Under the pieces are notes generated by a model. It ran no database searches. It worked only from the letters and a program-made list of their open reading frames with translations, and was not told the DNA's origin. This document shows, in pieces, positions 26,779-49,389 of a stretch of DNA of 64,000 nucleotides. The position numbers were made by a program, and so were the translations under genes. The stretch's first letter is position 1, and the number at the start of each line of letters is the position of its first letter. Source of the DNA: Dictyostelium discoideum (taxonomy: Eukaryota); contig CM000152.2 of assembly GCA_000004695.1 (NCBI GenBank), positions 3,744,001-3,808,000 on the forward strand, in the 5' to 3' direction.

Positions 26779-27009
26779 ATAATAATAATAATAGTAATAT
26801 CATCATTAAACAAATAAAAATAAAAAAAAAAAAAATATTCATAAAAATCTCTTTAGTTTTATTTTTTTTTTTATTGTTTAGATAAATATATTTCCAAAAA
26901 ATTGAAAATAAAAAAAAGTGAATATATTAAAGATAAATAAAGACACACATAAATTTATTTTATTGTATTTTTTAAAGAAAAAAAAAGAAAAAAGTTTTTA
27001 AAAGTTGAT

Positions 27010-30818
<3,809 letters not shown>

Positions 30819-31099
30819 TGTTATTATTATTTTTTTTTTTTTTTAAACTTTCCTATTTTTTTTTTTTTTTTTTTTTTCACTGATAAATATATAATTATTA
30901 TTTTTATTATTAAACTATAATGGTTTATGATTTATGATTTATGATTTTACTATTATGATTGTTGTGGTTGTTATTAACTATTGATACTAATTTTAAAATT
31001 AAGACTAATTAACTATTGGAAATTAAAAGAAAAAAATAAAAATAAAAAAAAAAAAAAAAGCTTTTTATGAGTTTAATATCTTGTCAATGGATAAAAAAA

Positions 31100-31132
<33 letters not shown>

Positions 31133-31562
31133 TAAAAAAAAAAAAAAAGATAAATGTGGTTGAAAATTTATTAAAAAAAAAAACAAAAATAAAAATTTAA
31201 AAAAATAAAAAAAAATAAAAAATAATAAAAAAAATAAAAAATAATAAAAAAAATAAAAATTAAAAAAAAAAATCAATTAGTTGTTACTTAAAAAAATAAG
31301 AATTTAATTTTCTAAAAAAAAAAAAAAAAAAAAAAAAAACTTATTTTCAGGAGTTCAAAGAAAAAATAAAGAAAAAAGATATAATTATAAACAAAGTAAA
31401 AAAGTAAATTAGGTGTAAAATAATAAAAAAAAAAATAAATAAACAATTGAACAGAAATAAAAATAAAAAAAAACACAAATTATATTTTTAGATTTTTTTT
31501 TATTTTTATTTTTTATTATTTTTTTATTTTTTTTTTTTCCCCTATAATTTTGAAACTAATAA

Positions 31563-32758
<1,196 letters not shown>

Positions 32759-33125
32759 TTATTTTTTTTTTTTAAAAATCCAAAATGAAAAAAAAAAAAA
32801 AATTATAAAAAAAAATAAAAAATATAAAAAAAAAATTAAAAATAAAAAAAAAAAAAATTTTAAAAATTTTAAAAAAAAAAAAAAAGTTAATAAAATTGGA
32901 ATTGGAGAACATGAAAGAATAAATAGAAAAATCTAAATAAAGATAAATATGTTTCCATTGAAATAAAAAAAAGAAAACAATTCCCTTGTTCCCCCCTTTT
33001 TTTTGTAGTTGAAATTAAGTAAAAAATTATTCTCCAATTCTAAATTAATACAAATAATAATTGTGTATCAATTTACTTGTCTTTTTTTATTATTATTTTT
33101 TTATTTTCAAATTGAGACAATTCCT

Positions 33126-33161
<36 letters not shown>

Positions 33162-33863
33162 GAATTTGAAAGATTTATTTTTTTAATAATTATGAAAAAT
33201 AAAGATTTAAGATATCCAAAAGAATCCATAAATTTTTATTTTTACATTTTTTTTTTTTTTTTGTTTGATTTTGGTTGATATTTTTTTTTTTTTTGGGATA
33301 ATAAAAATATCAAAAAAATAAAAATAAAAATAACATTCCTAAAATATAGGAATTTTTTTTTTTTTTTTTTCCCAAATTGGCTAGACTTTAAATCAAAATA
33401 TTTTCAAAAAGTATTTTTAAATATTTTTAAATATTAAAAAAATAAAAAAATAAAATAAAATATAAGTTTGACTAAATTATTAAATTATGATTTTAACAAT
33501 ATTTAATAATATCATATTTCGTAAAAAAAAAAAAAAAAAAACCTAATTTATTTACAAATCCAGTTTCGGTTTTTTTTTTTCGAAAAAACTGTTTAAAAAA
33601 AAAGAAAATAAAAAATAAAATAAAATAAAAAAAAAGAAAATAAATTAAAAAATAAAATATTTTTTTTTAATTTTGTAAAAAAACGAAAAAAAAAAAAAAA
33701 ATAAAAAAAAAAAAAATAAAAAAAAAAAAAAAAATAAAAAAAATAAAAAAAAAAAAAAAATTTTTATTTTGGTTGGGCTTTGAAAACACACACAAATAAT
33801 TTTTTTTATTGTTGATCATTTGGTATATTAAAGTGTTATTGTTTATATAATATATATTTAAGG

Positions 33864-35318
33864 ATGAATAGAACACATCATTTATTTAGATTAAGAGGAT
33901 CCTCAAGATCATTTTGTTCATCCACTCCAGTTACAAAACCAAATAGTAAGTAATTTAATATTTATATATATATTTTTTTATAGCTAATTCAAATATATAC
34001 ACACACACACACACATAAACACAAGAATAATAATTTACAATTTATTTTTTATTAATTTAATAATTCTTAAAAAAAAATAAAAAAATAAACAGAATTATTT
34101 GGTAGTTTATTTCCAAATCCAACACCAATAAATCCAATGAAAGAACAAATTTATTCATTTGAAGCAATTGAAAATGGAACATCATCACCAAAGGGTACAA
34201 CATTTAAAAATTCATTAGATCAACCATTTTCACAAAACGTTTTAAACAAAAGTTTTTTATACGATGAAAATGGTAAAATTACAATTGAAGAAGGTGAACA
34301 GATGATGAAAGAATATGATGAGGACGACGATTATGGTGAATCTGTCGACGATCTCCAATCTGAAAAATTCATTAACAATATTAGAGAACAAAGTAAAAAC
34401 CAATCATTTGAATTATTTCAATATAAAAAAGAAACAAAAGCTTCAAAAGATATGGCATACATCAATTTCCTTGAAAAGCATGAATTAAATCCAAACCTTT
34501 TATGCTTTCTAATTCAATCAGCAACATCAGAGTCTGATAAAATTTTTGAAACCTTTAAAAAAAGTTTATCCTTTGAAATCGCTGAATCAATTTGTGTCCA
34601 AATGCCTGATAATTCCTTAGCTGGTCGTACAGTATCAACCGCTATTTCTTTAATTCCAAAAGAAAATTCAAATATTGACCCACAATCAGTTTATAAATCA
34701 CTTTCAACATTTGGTATAACCTTAAATGTAAGTATTAATTATTAAAAAAAAAGGAAAAAAAAAAAAAAAAAAAATTGTTATTAATTTTTTTTATTTTTAA
34801 ATTTTTTATTTTAGGGTTTAAGATTAAAAGTTTTAAATGCATCAAGTTTAAAGACAATATCATTATTTGGTTTAGATAAAAATTTACCTGAGGAATATTT
34901 TAGAGATTATTTTTCAGAATCATTTGATCCAAATATGAAAGATCCAAAATTTTGTAGAATTACATTCTCATCAAAAGTTTATAAACCACATTTGATCGGT
35001 AAAGAATCATCACACTCTGGTGTTGCACATATTACATTTGACAGTCATTTAGTTGCCATGAGAGCAATAAAAGCATTGTCCAATTTACCAATTTCTAGTT
35101 GGGTGGGTATTAGTAGATACGCTTACACTGAAGGTTCTGCCGCTGCAGATTTAATCACAATTCTTGAAAGAAGGAGACATAGACAAATGGATGATATTAA
35201 ATTAATGAAAGATATTATCGATTTAAAAGCAAAAGTTAAAGAGTTGGAAAATGAAGTAAAGAAACATGAAGATTCAAAGAAAAAGGGTTCATCCAAAAGA
35301 TATTTAACCAATATTTAA
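33864..35318 (+). CDS. three-exon gene, hypothetical protein with a presequence-like N-terminus
   Basis: The CDS is join(33864..33945, 34093..34727, 34815..35318). Exon 1 reads MNRTHHLFRLRGSSRSFCSSTPVTKPN and ends in a GTAAGT donor. The acceptor aaacag at 34091/34092 restores the frame into ...LFGSLFPNPTPINPMKEQIYSF. A second GTAAGT donor follows ...GITLN, and the tttag acceptor at 34813/34814 leads into GLRLKVLNASSLK...MKDPKFCRITFS. The C-terminus is coiled-coil-like (KLMKDIIDLKAKVKELENEVKKHEDSKKK). Confidence 0.6.
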
Positions 35319-35781
35319 ATAATAATAAAATAACACTTTTAACGAAAACTAAACAAAAAAAAAAAAAAAAAAAAATATTAAAAAAAAAATTAATAAAAAA
35401 AAAATAAAAAAAGAAAATTATAAAAAAAAAAAAAAAAGAAAATAGATTCTATCTTCTTAACTTTTATTCATCTTTTTTTTTTTTATAATTTTCTTAAACT
35501 GGAAATTTTTTTTTTTTTTTCAACAAACTGGAAATTGTGGGAAATGTACCACTACCATTAAAGTAATGCCAACAATTTTCCTTCCAAAATTAAATAATTT
35601 TAAAAAATAAGAATTACAATCAATATAAAATAAAATAAAATATAATATTTATTTAGTTAGTAAACTTTTTTTTTTTTTGTTTATAATTTCATTTTTATTA
35701 TATATTTTTTTTTTTTTTATTTTTTATTTTTTTATTTTTTTTTTTATAATTTTATTTTATTACTTTTTAAAAAATAAATAT

Positions 35782-37113
<1,332 letters not shown>

Positions 37114-37171
37114 CTAATGTTTTTTTTATTTTTTTTTATGTGTGTATATATATCTAAATCGTCTTTCGTTA

Positions 37172-37205
<34 letters not shown>

Positions 37206-37229
37206 CAAAAAAAAAAAATAATTTTCTTC

Positions 37230-37271
<42 letters not shown>

Positions 37272-37924
37272 CTGCTTTTTTTAATTTTTTTTTTTTTATT
37301 TAAAACTATTTTTAAACCAAAATTAAAAATATACAATTGATTTGTTTTTTTTTTTTTTTTTATTTTATTTTTCCAGTTTTCTCTAAAATAAACAATTTTT
37401 TGATCTACATAATCAAATTCAACGTGGTAATCGTCATTATCATTAACTTCTTTTTTTGTAATATCATCATTTCCATCACCTTTATTTTAATGATCCACTA
37501 TCCAAATTTATTTTTGTAACAACAACAGTTTTGATTAGAAAAATAAAATAAAATAAAATAAATAATTAAAAAAGTTTGGGCAAGTATTAAAATTATATGG
37601 AACATATTAATTTTTTAAAAAAAAAAACAAAACAATGTTATTAGTATATGATTAAAAATCAAATAAATTTATTAATAAATGATTAGAAAAATCCAACGGA
37701 CAATACTCTTTCTGATTATTTAAAATACACAAGATTAACATGGGTCTGGTAGGACAAAAAAAAATAATAATAAAATAATTAATTATTTATTTAAAAAATA
37801 AAAAAAAAAATAATAAAACAATAAAATTATTTAAAAAGTAAAAAAAAAAATATTAAATAATAATTCTTTATTTTTATTTATTTTAAAAAACTTTAATCAA
37901 ATTTACAGATTATTTTAAACACTC

Positions 37925-39504
<1,580 letters not shown>

Positions 39505-39869
39505 TTTAAAAGTGATTAAATAAAATTAATTAATTTTAAAATATTATTGGGTATATAATTTTCTTTTTTTTATTTTTTTTTTTTATATATATTGTAAATT
39601 TTTATTTTTTTGAAGAGACAGAACTAACAATTAATTAATGTGAATTTTTTAAAGAAAAGGACAATAAAAATAATAATTAATTTTTAACTATAAATAATTA
39701 AATTATTATTTTTTTTCTTTTTTTTTTTTTTTTTTTATTTATTTTTTTTCTTTTTTATTAAAAATTTTTTTTTTTTTTTTTCTTTTTTATATTTTTATCA
39801 CACTACCACTATTTGATCCAAAAATAGTTTCATTATGATAACAGGTTGTGCAACATTGATGGGTATTTT

Positions 39870-39911
<42 letters not shown>

Positions 39912-41039
39912 ACAATAAACAACAAACACCCCACACAGTGTGTTAATATAAATATTAATTAATATTGAATATAAGAAAAATAAAAAAAAAAAAATACTAT
40001 TGGAGTGATTGAAATTTTTTATTGTAATGACCTATTATTTTTTTTTATTATTATTATTGCTATTACTCTATCATTTATTGTAGTGATACATAATTTATCA
40101 TTTGTTGGTGTGAGTGTGTTTGCTTGTGTTAGTGTGTGCTATAATAAATAAATAAAAATATTGATAGTAATTTATTAAATTTTTTATTTTTTGAGAGGTT
40201 TTTACAACAACACTTCATTAATTTACATTGTAAATAATCTCCTCCTTGAGAGATATAAAAATGTTTTTTAATCGATCGCCATAATTTTTTTTTTTTCCAT
40301 TTCCAATAAACAATAATAATTACATTTTTAATTTTTTTTTTTTTTATTTTTTTTTTTTAAAATATGATGTTTTACCACCCCTTCAAATTTTTATCTACAT
40401 ATTTATATTAGTGAGTTTATTTTTAGAATTTTGTATTATTTTTTTTAATTCATTTTTTTTTTTTTTATTTATTTATTTTTTTATTTTTTTTTTTAATAAA
40501 TTTTAATGAACAGACAATTTGGGTTGGGGGTTAGATATATGATGATTATTGAAAATCCATATGCAACATTTATGATGAAAACCTACTCATAATTATTATT
40601 TTAGCTTTATATGTTATAAAAATATAATTCAGAAATGATTTAATTTTTGCAAGTAAAAAAGAGTAAAAGTAGTAGCAATGTGTGAACAATAATTCCAATA
40701 ATAAAAAAAAAAAGTGTAATAACAATGTCAAAAAAAAAAAAAAAAGAAAGAAAAAAGAAAATAAATTATAATAAATAATTAGCCCAATAATTAAATCTAT
40801 AACAACAACAATCAAAAATTACAATATTGTCTTAAAAAAATGAGTAACAATGATTAAAAAAGCAAGCAACAACAATAAACAATAAACAACAAACAACAAA
40901 ATTATAAACAACAGCAACAACAACAATTAAAAAAAAAAAAAAAAAAAAAACCACAACAAAAGTAACAAAAAAAAGACAACAACAACCGCCAAATAATAAA
41001 AATAATAATAATAAAAATAATAACAATAATAAAAAATAA

Positions 41040-41280
<241 letters not shown>

Positions 41281-41418
41281 ATTTTAAAAAAAAACAAATA
41301 ATAAAAATAATTTTAATTTTAATGATATTGGTAAAAATAAATAAATAAATAAATTTAAAAAATTTAAAAATAAAAAAATAAATAAATTATCACATCATCT
41401 GGTGTTTTTTTGATTTAG

Positions 41419-41472
<54 letters not shown>

Positions 41473-41487
41473 ATTAATTTAACTTTT

Positions 41488-43065
41488 TTATTTTGATGAG
41501 AAAATTAATCTTTCTAAATTAATAAATGGTTTTTCGATTAATAAATGAATAACGAATGCAGCGGCAAATGTTGTAACTACATTTCCAATGTATAAAATTG
41601 AAAATTCAATGGTTGAGTAATGAAGAAAGTTTGTCATTGAGTAAAGTCTATATTCAATTATCAATGGATGAATTAAATAAGAGGAGTAGGTTAATTTTGA
41701 AAAGAATTTCCATATTCCAAGTTTTAAAAACCATTGGACTATACCGCCATAACCATAGAATGTTGCTAAAATAATAATTGAAACACCAATTGAAAAAGTT
41801 GTATGAGAGAAACCATTATATAATGACTTTTGAATTGTTGTCCAATTTCCAACAAAATTAATTGAATTCTTATAAAAATCAAAAGAAATATAAGATAAAA
41901 AGAATGTGATAAACAATGATACACAATATAATATATATCTTGTTGTACGAAGGTAATAAATGTATCTAACTTTTTTAGATAGTTTGGAATCAGTATATAT
42001 AAAAGCAATTAAAATACCAACAATATAAGCACCAATTCTATAATATGGTTTTTGATAAATGTTTGTAATTAATTGACTTGTTGGATGAGGTGAAACTAGT
42101 TCAGCTTCAGTACCTAACAAATCAAAAAATGTTGGTATTTCATATTTAATCGAAACTGCCAATGTTGCCATCATTGATGAATATTAAAAAGTAATATAAT
42201 GGAATTAGTCTATCAACTGCAAATTCACCTGCAAAAATAACTTGGAATGAAAATGAACTAAAAGCACCTCCGAGTGATTCTAAATTATCAATTCCAAAAC
42301 CATCAGTTGCAAATAAAATTGTATGACCTAAAATTACCCAACATGTACCTAATGTTCTAATACCATCTAATGATTGAAAATAACCTTTTGGATTTGAACC
42401 ATAAATTAAAGAATTGAAATTTTTAATTAATGACCAACATTGAAAATATTTAACAAGTTTATTATTTTCATAATCATTATTGGATTTATCAAATTTATCA
42501 AAAATAAATCCATAAAAAGGTGGTGTTAAATCTTTAATTCTTTCATTGTTATTTGTTAATTCTAATTGATTAAAATCTTCATCACCATCTTGTTGTTGTT
42601 TTTGTTGTAAATTAAGTAAATTTGGTTCATAATAACTTTTTGGATTTAATAAAGAGTGTTGTGAATTATAATTTTTTCTATATTGTTTTAATTTATAAAT
42701 TAAAAGATAATCAATGATAGTACCAATGGAAATGTTTGAAAGGAAGAAAACACTAATTCCAGTTAAAACCCAAGTACCAGCATTACTTTGAATTTTAACA
42801 GTTTGATATTCACTATTATAACAATGTAAATTATTTGATGCATTAAAACTCATTTCAAGTTGCAAGACATTTAAAATTGTATATTGTGTCATTAATCCAA
42901 TAATATCATCTTGAGAACAATAATTTGAACTTGGATAACAAACTCCAATATAAAATGTTACTGAATCAAAATTACCTTCAAATAAACAATATTGAGTAGT
43001 ATTTGAAGGTAAGGCTAAACAAGATCCATAATTTCCTAATTCATTAAAACCAATACCACTATACA

Positions 43066-43127
<62 letters not shown>

Positions 43128-43474
43128 TTTAATATAAAAAATTATTTTTTTATTTTTTTTTATTGATTATTAAACAAACAAAATAAATAATTAATAATAT
43201 TACTCATCATCATATTTGTAACATCAGGATTTGAAAAATCTAAAATTGAATCTATTTCATCAGAACAATTTTTAGAAACTTGATAACTATTTGATAGTTT
43301 CGGAATTAAATTTAATTTTTTTTTTTTTAGAAATTCATTATTTATTTCTTTAGTTTTAACTAAAAAATCATTTCTAATATTAATATTTTTTTTTAAAATA
43401 GGAGAATAATCTCCACTACTAAAATTTAAAAAAGTTAAAATAATAAAAGATATAATTATTATTTGTTTAAACAT
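41488..43474 (-). CDS. NRF-domain / acyltransferase-3 family multipass membrane protein (nose-resistant-to-fluoxetine-like), at least 2 exons, with an internal +1 frame break near 42160
   Basis: Exon 1 is 43474..43204 (signal peptide MFKQIIIISFIILTFLNFSSG, GTAATA donor). Exon 2 starts at 43068 after the aaaaag acceptor. The spliced protein reads ...DVTNMMI|MYSGIGFNELGNYGSCLALP (an NRF-type GxGxxxxGNYxxC pattern). Later it carries the acyltransferase-3 signatures LDGIRTLGTCWVILGHT and AVDRLIPLYYFLIF. ORFs 42146..43066 and 41488..42174 overlap in different frames with no GT..AG between them. The downstream frame continues with hydrophobic TM-like segments to 41488. Confidence 0.6.
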
Positions 43475-43583
43475 TTTTAAGTTTTTATTTTTTTTATTTT
43501 TTTATTTTTTATTTTTTATTTTTATACAAAAAAAATAAATAAAGGTTTAAATTAGATTAAAAAAAAAAAAAAAAAAAAAAAAA

Positions 43584-43630
43584 TCATTTTGATGGTTTCG
43601 TACTGGGTTACATGGCTTAGTTAGAACTGT
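43584..43630 (+). pseudogene. U3 snoRNA 3'-end-like fragment (box C-like TTGATGG plus TTTCGTACTGG)
   Basis: The fragment cattttgatggtttcgtactgggttacatggc shares TTCGTACTGG and a preceding TGATG box with the 3' end of the U3 gene at 62840-62895. It has no DUSE and no full-length body. Confidence 0.25.
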
Positions 43631-43703
43631 TAATTTTAAATTTTTTTTATTTTTTTTATTTTTTTTTTTGGTGAGATTCCTCCTGTTTATTTGAGTTTAA
43701 GTC

Positions 43704-43741
<38 letters not shown>

Positions 43742-43768
43742 ATATTTTTTTTTATTTTATTTTTTAAT

Positions 43769-45204
43769 TTATGCAGATATTCTTTTTGGGAAAGTTTTGG
43801 AATTGAATCTTTTTAATAAAAATTCATCATTTGTATCAATTGGATTTGGTTTATTTTGAACTAAATTTGAAATTAATTTTCCAATGGCAGGACCAAACTT
43901 AAAACCATGACCGGAACAAGGTGATGCAATAACAACATTTGTAAATCTTGGATGTTTATCAATAATAAAATGCCAATCTGATGTATTTGTGTAATGGCAA
44001 ACAACGCTATGACCCTCTTTATCATTATTTAAACCTGGCATATATTCACCAACATATCCTTTAACTTTATCATAATTTTCTTTTTTAAATGGTAATTTTT
44101 TACTTTCCATATTTTCCAAAACATTACCACTATGATGATATCCAACTAAAAAAAAAAATAAAATAAAATAAAATATTAATAATTTTATTTTATTTTATTT
44201 TTTTTTATTTTTATTTTTATTTTTTTTTTTAAAATTATAATAATAAAACTTTACTTACTTTTAACCCCTTTAACATCAATTTGAGGTAAAGAATAATAAA
44301 CATCAGAATTATTATCATAAAAGATTGAAACAGGGTTATTAAATTGAGTATAATCAATTGTATTATTTAATTTTGGTTCCCAGTAAAATACAGTTTCTTG
44401 AGAGATTTCTAAAGGTAATGTAATGTTTAATTGTGAATTATGAATTAAATCATTAATCCAACCACCACATGCTAAAACTATTTTTTTAGTTTTATAAACT
44501 GATTGATCTTCACATAATACAGTTATGAGTGACTCTGATTCAACTTTAATACGAGACACCTTTTTATTATCTAAAATTTGACCACCAAATCTTTTGCATA
44601 GCGACCAAATGGTTTTAATTGATTTACTTGCGTATGCAACACCACTATCTTTTTGAAATACGATTAAATCATTGTCTCTGAATTTAAATTGTGGGAATTT
44701 TGATTCTGCCTCTTTTTTTGAGAGAATTTGGTAGTCGATATTATTTCTTTTATAGGATTCGATTAAATCTTTTAATGGTTCTGCATTTTGGTGACCGAAA
44801 TCCAAGCCACCAGTGATATGAATTAATTTGGTATTTGATAATCTTTCAATCTCTGACCATTCTGGATAAACCAATTTAGCTAATCTAATATAGGTATCCT
44901 CTGGATATGAAAATCTTATAATTCTACCATCGCCATGTGATGATCCTTTATCATGTGCTTCTTTAAATTGTTCTAACATTAATACCTTTAATCCATCTTT
45001 TGCCATTTGATAACATGCTGATGATCCTGTGATACCACCACCAATTACAATACAATCATATAATACTTCATTATTATTATTATTTTTATTATTAAAATTA
45101 ATATTATTATTATTATTACTATTATTACTATTATTATTACTATTTACAATATGTGATTGAATATTTTGAATTCTTCTGGTATATGTTGCTTGTTGATTAT
45201 TCAT
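43769..45204 (-). CDS. monomeric sarcosine oxidase / pipecolate oxidase-like FAD enzyme (covalent-flavin Cys motif), 2 exons
   Basis: The CDS is join(45204..44259, 44145..43769) with a GTAAGT donor, a ttttag acceptor and a 113-bp intron. It carries a dinucleotide-binding fold DCIVIGGGITGSSACYQMAKDGLKVLMLEQ. Near the C-terminus it reads HFIIDKHPRFTNVVIASPCSGHGFKFGPAIGKLI (the MSOX-type SGHGFK cysteine site). The N-terminus has N-runs. Confidence 0.7.
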
Positions 45205-45527
45205 TTTTTATTTCAATATTGGTGTTGGGAAAAAAGTTTTAAATAAAAAAAAAATAACAACTCTAAATAAAAAAAAAAAATAAAAAAAAATGAAAACTGG
45301 GGGAAAAAAAAAAAAATAAATGAAAAAATAATAAAAAAAAAAAATAAAAATAAAAAAAAATATCTTTTTTTGAAATCTCAAATAATTTTATTTATTTTTT
45401 TATTTAAATAATCGAATGGGGGTAAAAATGGACACTGACCTTTTTTGTTATAGATCCAAATTTATTTTTTAATTTTTTTTTATGATTTATCTAGAATTGA
45501 AAAAGAAAACTAAAAAAAAAATATCAG

Positions 45528-45558
<31 letters not shown>

Positions 45559-45836
45559 TAATGAAAATTATAATTGTTTGATATAAAAAAAAAAAAAAAA
45601 GGATAAAAAAAAAAAAGGATAAAAAAAAAAAAAAAAAAAAAAATAAAAGAAAAAAAAAAAAAAAAATAAAGAAAAAAAAAAAAAAAAAAATAAAGAAAAA
45701 ATAATATTTTATAAATATAAAATTCTTTTTATATAAAAAATAAAAATAAAAAAATGATTTTTTATGAATCAGAAAAAAAAAAGTGAACTTCTTCATTTTT
45801 ATAATCAAAAAAAAAAAAAAAATTAAAAAAAAATTG

Positions 45837-45872
<36 letters not shown>

Positions 45873-46223
45873 AAATTAAATAAAAATTCAATCATAAAAA
45901 TAATAAAAAGATAGATCTAAAAATGATGGAAAAATAAAATTATTGAAAAAAAAAAAAAAAAAAAAAAAAATTAGAAAAAAAAAAAAAAAAAATGATGAAA
46001 AATTAAATAACTTTGCTTTGGCGTTGAAACCATTAAAGCAGAGTAGATTATTTACCAAAAGCTCTTTAAGATATTTAAACAAATTCTTTAAAAAATTAAA
46101 ATACCAAGAAAAAGTTTTATTAAAATAAAAATAAAATAAAAGAAAATTTTTTTTTCTAAATTTTTTTTTTTTAACATTAAAATTTTTTTATTATCAATTA
46201 TTATTGTATGAAAAAAAAAAACA

Positions 46224-47400
<1,177 letters not shown>

Positions 47401-47518
47401 AGGTAAATTTGAATTCAAATAATAATATACTCCAAAATAATAATAACAAAGGACCATCGTTAAATGAAAAATAATTGTAACTCTTATATTGGGGTTTATT
47501 TTATTCTCATATTAAATT

Positions 47519-47520
<2 letters not shown>

Positions 47521-47596
<76 letters not shown>
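47521..47596. repeat. poly(A) homopolymer, about 76 nt, 120 bp downstream of the GATA gene stop
   Basis: Read directly. Confidence 0.9.
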
Positions 47597-47599
<3 letters not shown>

Positions 47600-47885
47600 A
47601 TAATAATAATAATTGAATCTTTACTGTAATGGAGATTAAAAGCAATATTTAATATATATATTCCAATGCAAGATGTAATAAAAAAATAAAAATAAAATTA
47701 AAATAAATATTAAAATTAAAAATAAAATTAAAATAAAATTGAAGTTTTAATTTTTGATACTAAATAAAATATCTTTTTAATTTGAAATGATGACAATCAA
47801 TTAAAAAATTTAAAAAAATAATAAAAAATGACCAACCATAAAAAAAGAAATTCTATTGAAAATTAAAAAAAAGAAATTCTATTGA

Positions 47886-47929
<44 letters not shown>

Positions 47930-48180
47930 GAATGGTTTCTTAAATTTTTTTTATTTTTTATATCTTTAATGTATTTTTTAGTTTCAATTTATAGTATATA
48001 ATATCAAAAATAAAGTTAAATCATTAAAAAAAAAAAAAAAAAAAAGATGAAATTTTTTTTTTTTTTCCCCAAGTGACGAATTTTGTTTTTTAATTATAAT
48101 TATTTATTCTGGACTATAAATATAGATCTAAAAAAAAAATTCAAAAAACAAAACAATTACTGCAATTGTTTTGTTTTTTG

Positions 48181-48234
<54 letters not shown>

Positions 48235-48385
48235 ATCAAATATTATATTTTATTCTCATATATCATTTTGTGTATTTTTGAATTTTCTATTTTTATGTAA
48301 TATTAAATTTTATTTTATATAATTTTTTGTCTGATAGGTTGGGATGTTAAAAAAAAAAAAAAAATGGAAAATTAATTTTATTATG

Positions 48386-48540
48386 ACAACACGTGTTGTG
48401 ATAATACATGTATTTTTAATTTTGCTTTTGGTCTTTTAGTGAATTTTGTTATTTAATTTCACTACACGAGCCCAGTGAAAAAAAAAAATCACTCACCTTA
48501 ATTTTTTTTTTTTCAAAAGCTTATTGATGATTTTCTCTTT
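48386..48540. other. GC-richer intergenic island containing a 14-bp perfect palindrome (ACAACACGTGTTGT, CACGTG core), a U3 box-B-like hairpin (TTTCACTACACGAGCCCAGTGAAA) and a box-C-like TTATTGATGATTTT
   Basis: Read directly. CACTACACGA is also present in the U3 gene at 62785. There is no ORF longer than 40 codons here. Confidence 0.4.
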
Positions 48541-49355
48541 ATTTACCAAATAAATCAGTTGATCTATTTAAAGAAGAATTTAATTTTGGCACCATATTTG
48601 CACCGACTAATGGTTTACGTTGAATAAAACTTGTTGATCTATTTGGTGATTTGAGAGGTGATTTGGATGGTTTGGAATGTTACCTTTAAAATTGAAAAAA
48701 GTGGGAGTGTGATTGTGGTTACTTTGCTGATTAACCACTTTCTTTTATATTTTTTATTTTTATTTTTTTTTTTGTAGAGGTCACATAATATTTATAATTA
48801 TTTAATTATAATTATGTTATATTTATTTAATTTTATTTAATTTCAATTTTTTTTTTTTTTTTTTTTTTTTATTGCACCTCCTACAATAAATAAAAACAAT
48901 AACTATTATTTTTTTTCATTTTTTTATTTTTTTTATTATTAATTATTAAATATTTATAAATTATCCTTTTACTTTTATTAATTTTAAATATTATATATAC
49001 AATAACTTATTATACCGCTGGTTGTTCAATCTCTGTTCCAAGAAAGATGCTAATTAATTCAAATAAAATTGCTGACTGTGGCACCAATGGTATAATGTTT
49101 ATTGCTTTTAATTATGAAACTAGTAAAAAGAGTAATTTTAAAGAAACTATCAAAAAGAATATTTGATAATGAAATAAATGGCCATAGAATCATTAGAAAT
49201 TAAGTTTTTCAAAATCTTTTCAAAGGTGTTAAACATATTTCAACTTTTCAAAGTATTTTTAAATCCATATTAAAAAATGAATTTTAATTTATCTAACACA
49301 ATTATGATTATTATAAGGGTAAATTTAAAATAAAAAAAAAAAAAAAAATAAAAAA

Positions 49356-49389
<34 letters not shown>

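Noticed and set aside
37370-37540. Possible small minus-strand exon (GDGNDDITKKEVNDNDDYHVEFDYVDQKIVYFRENWKNKIK) upstream of krr1
   Set aside because: It has no in-frame ATG and no convincing splice partner, so it cannot be supported as a gene from sequence alone. It may be 5' UTR or a chance open frame.
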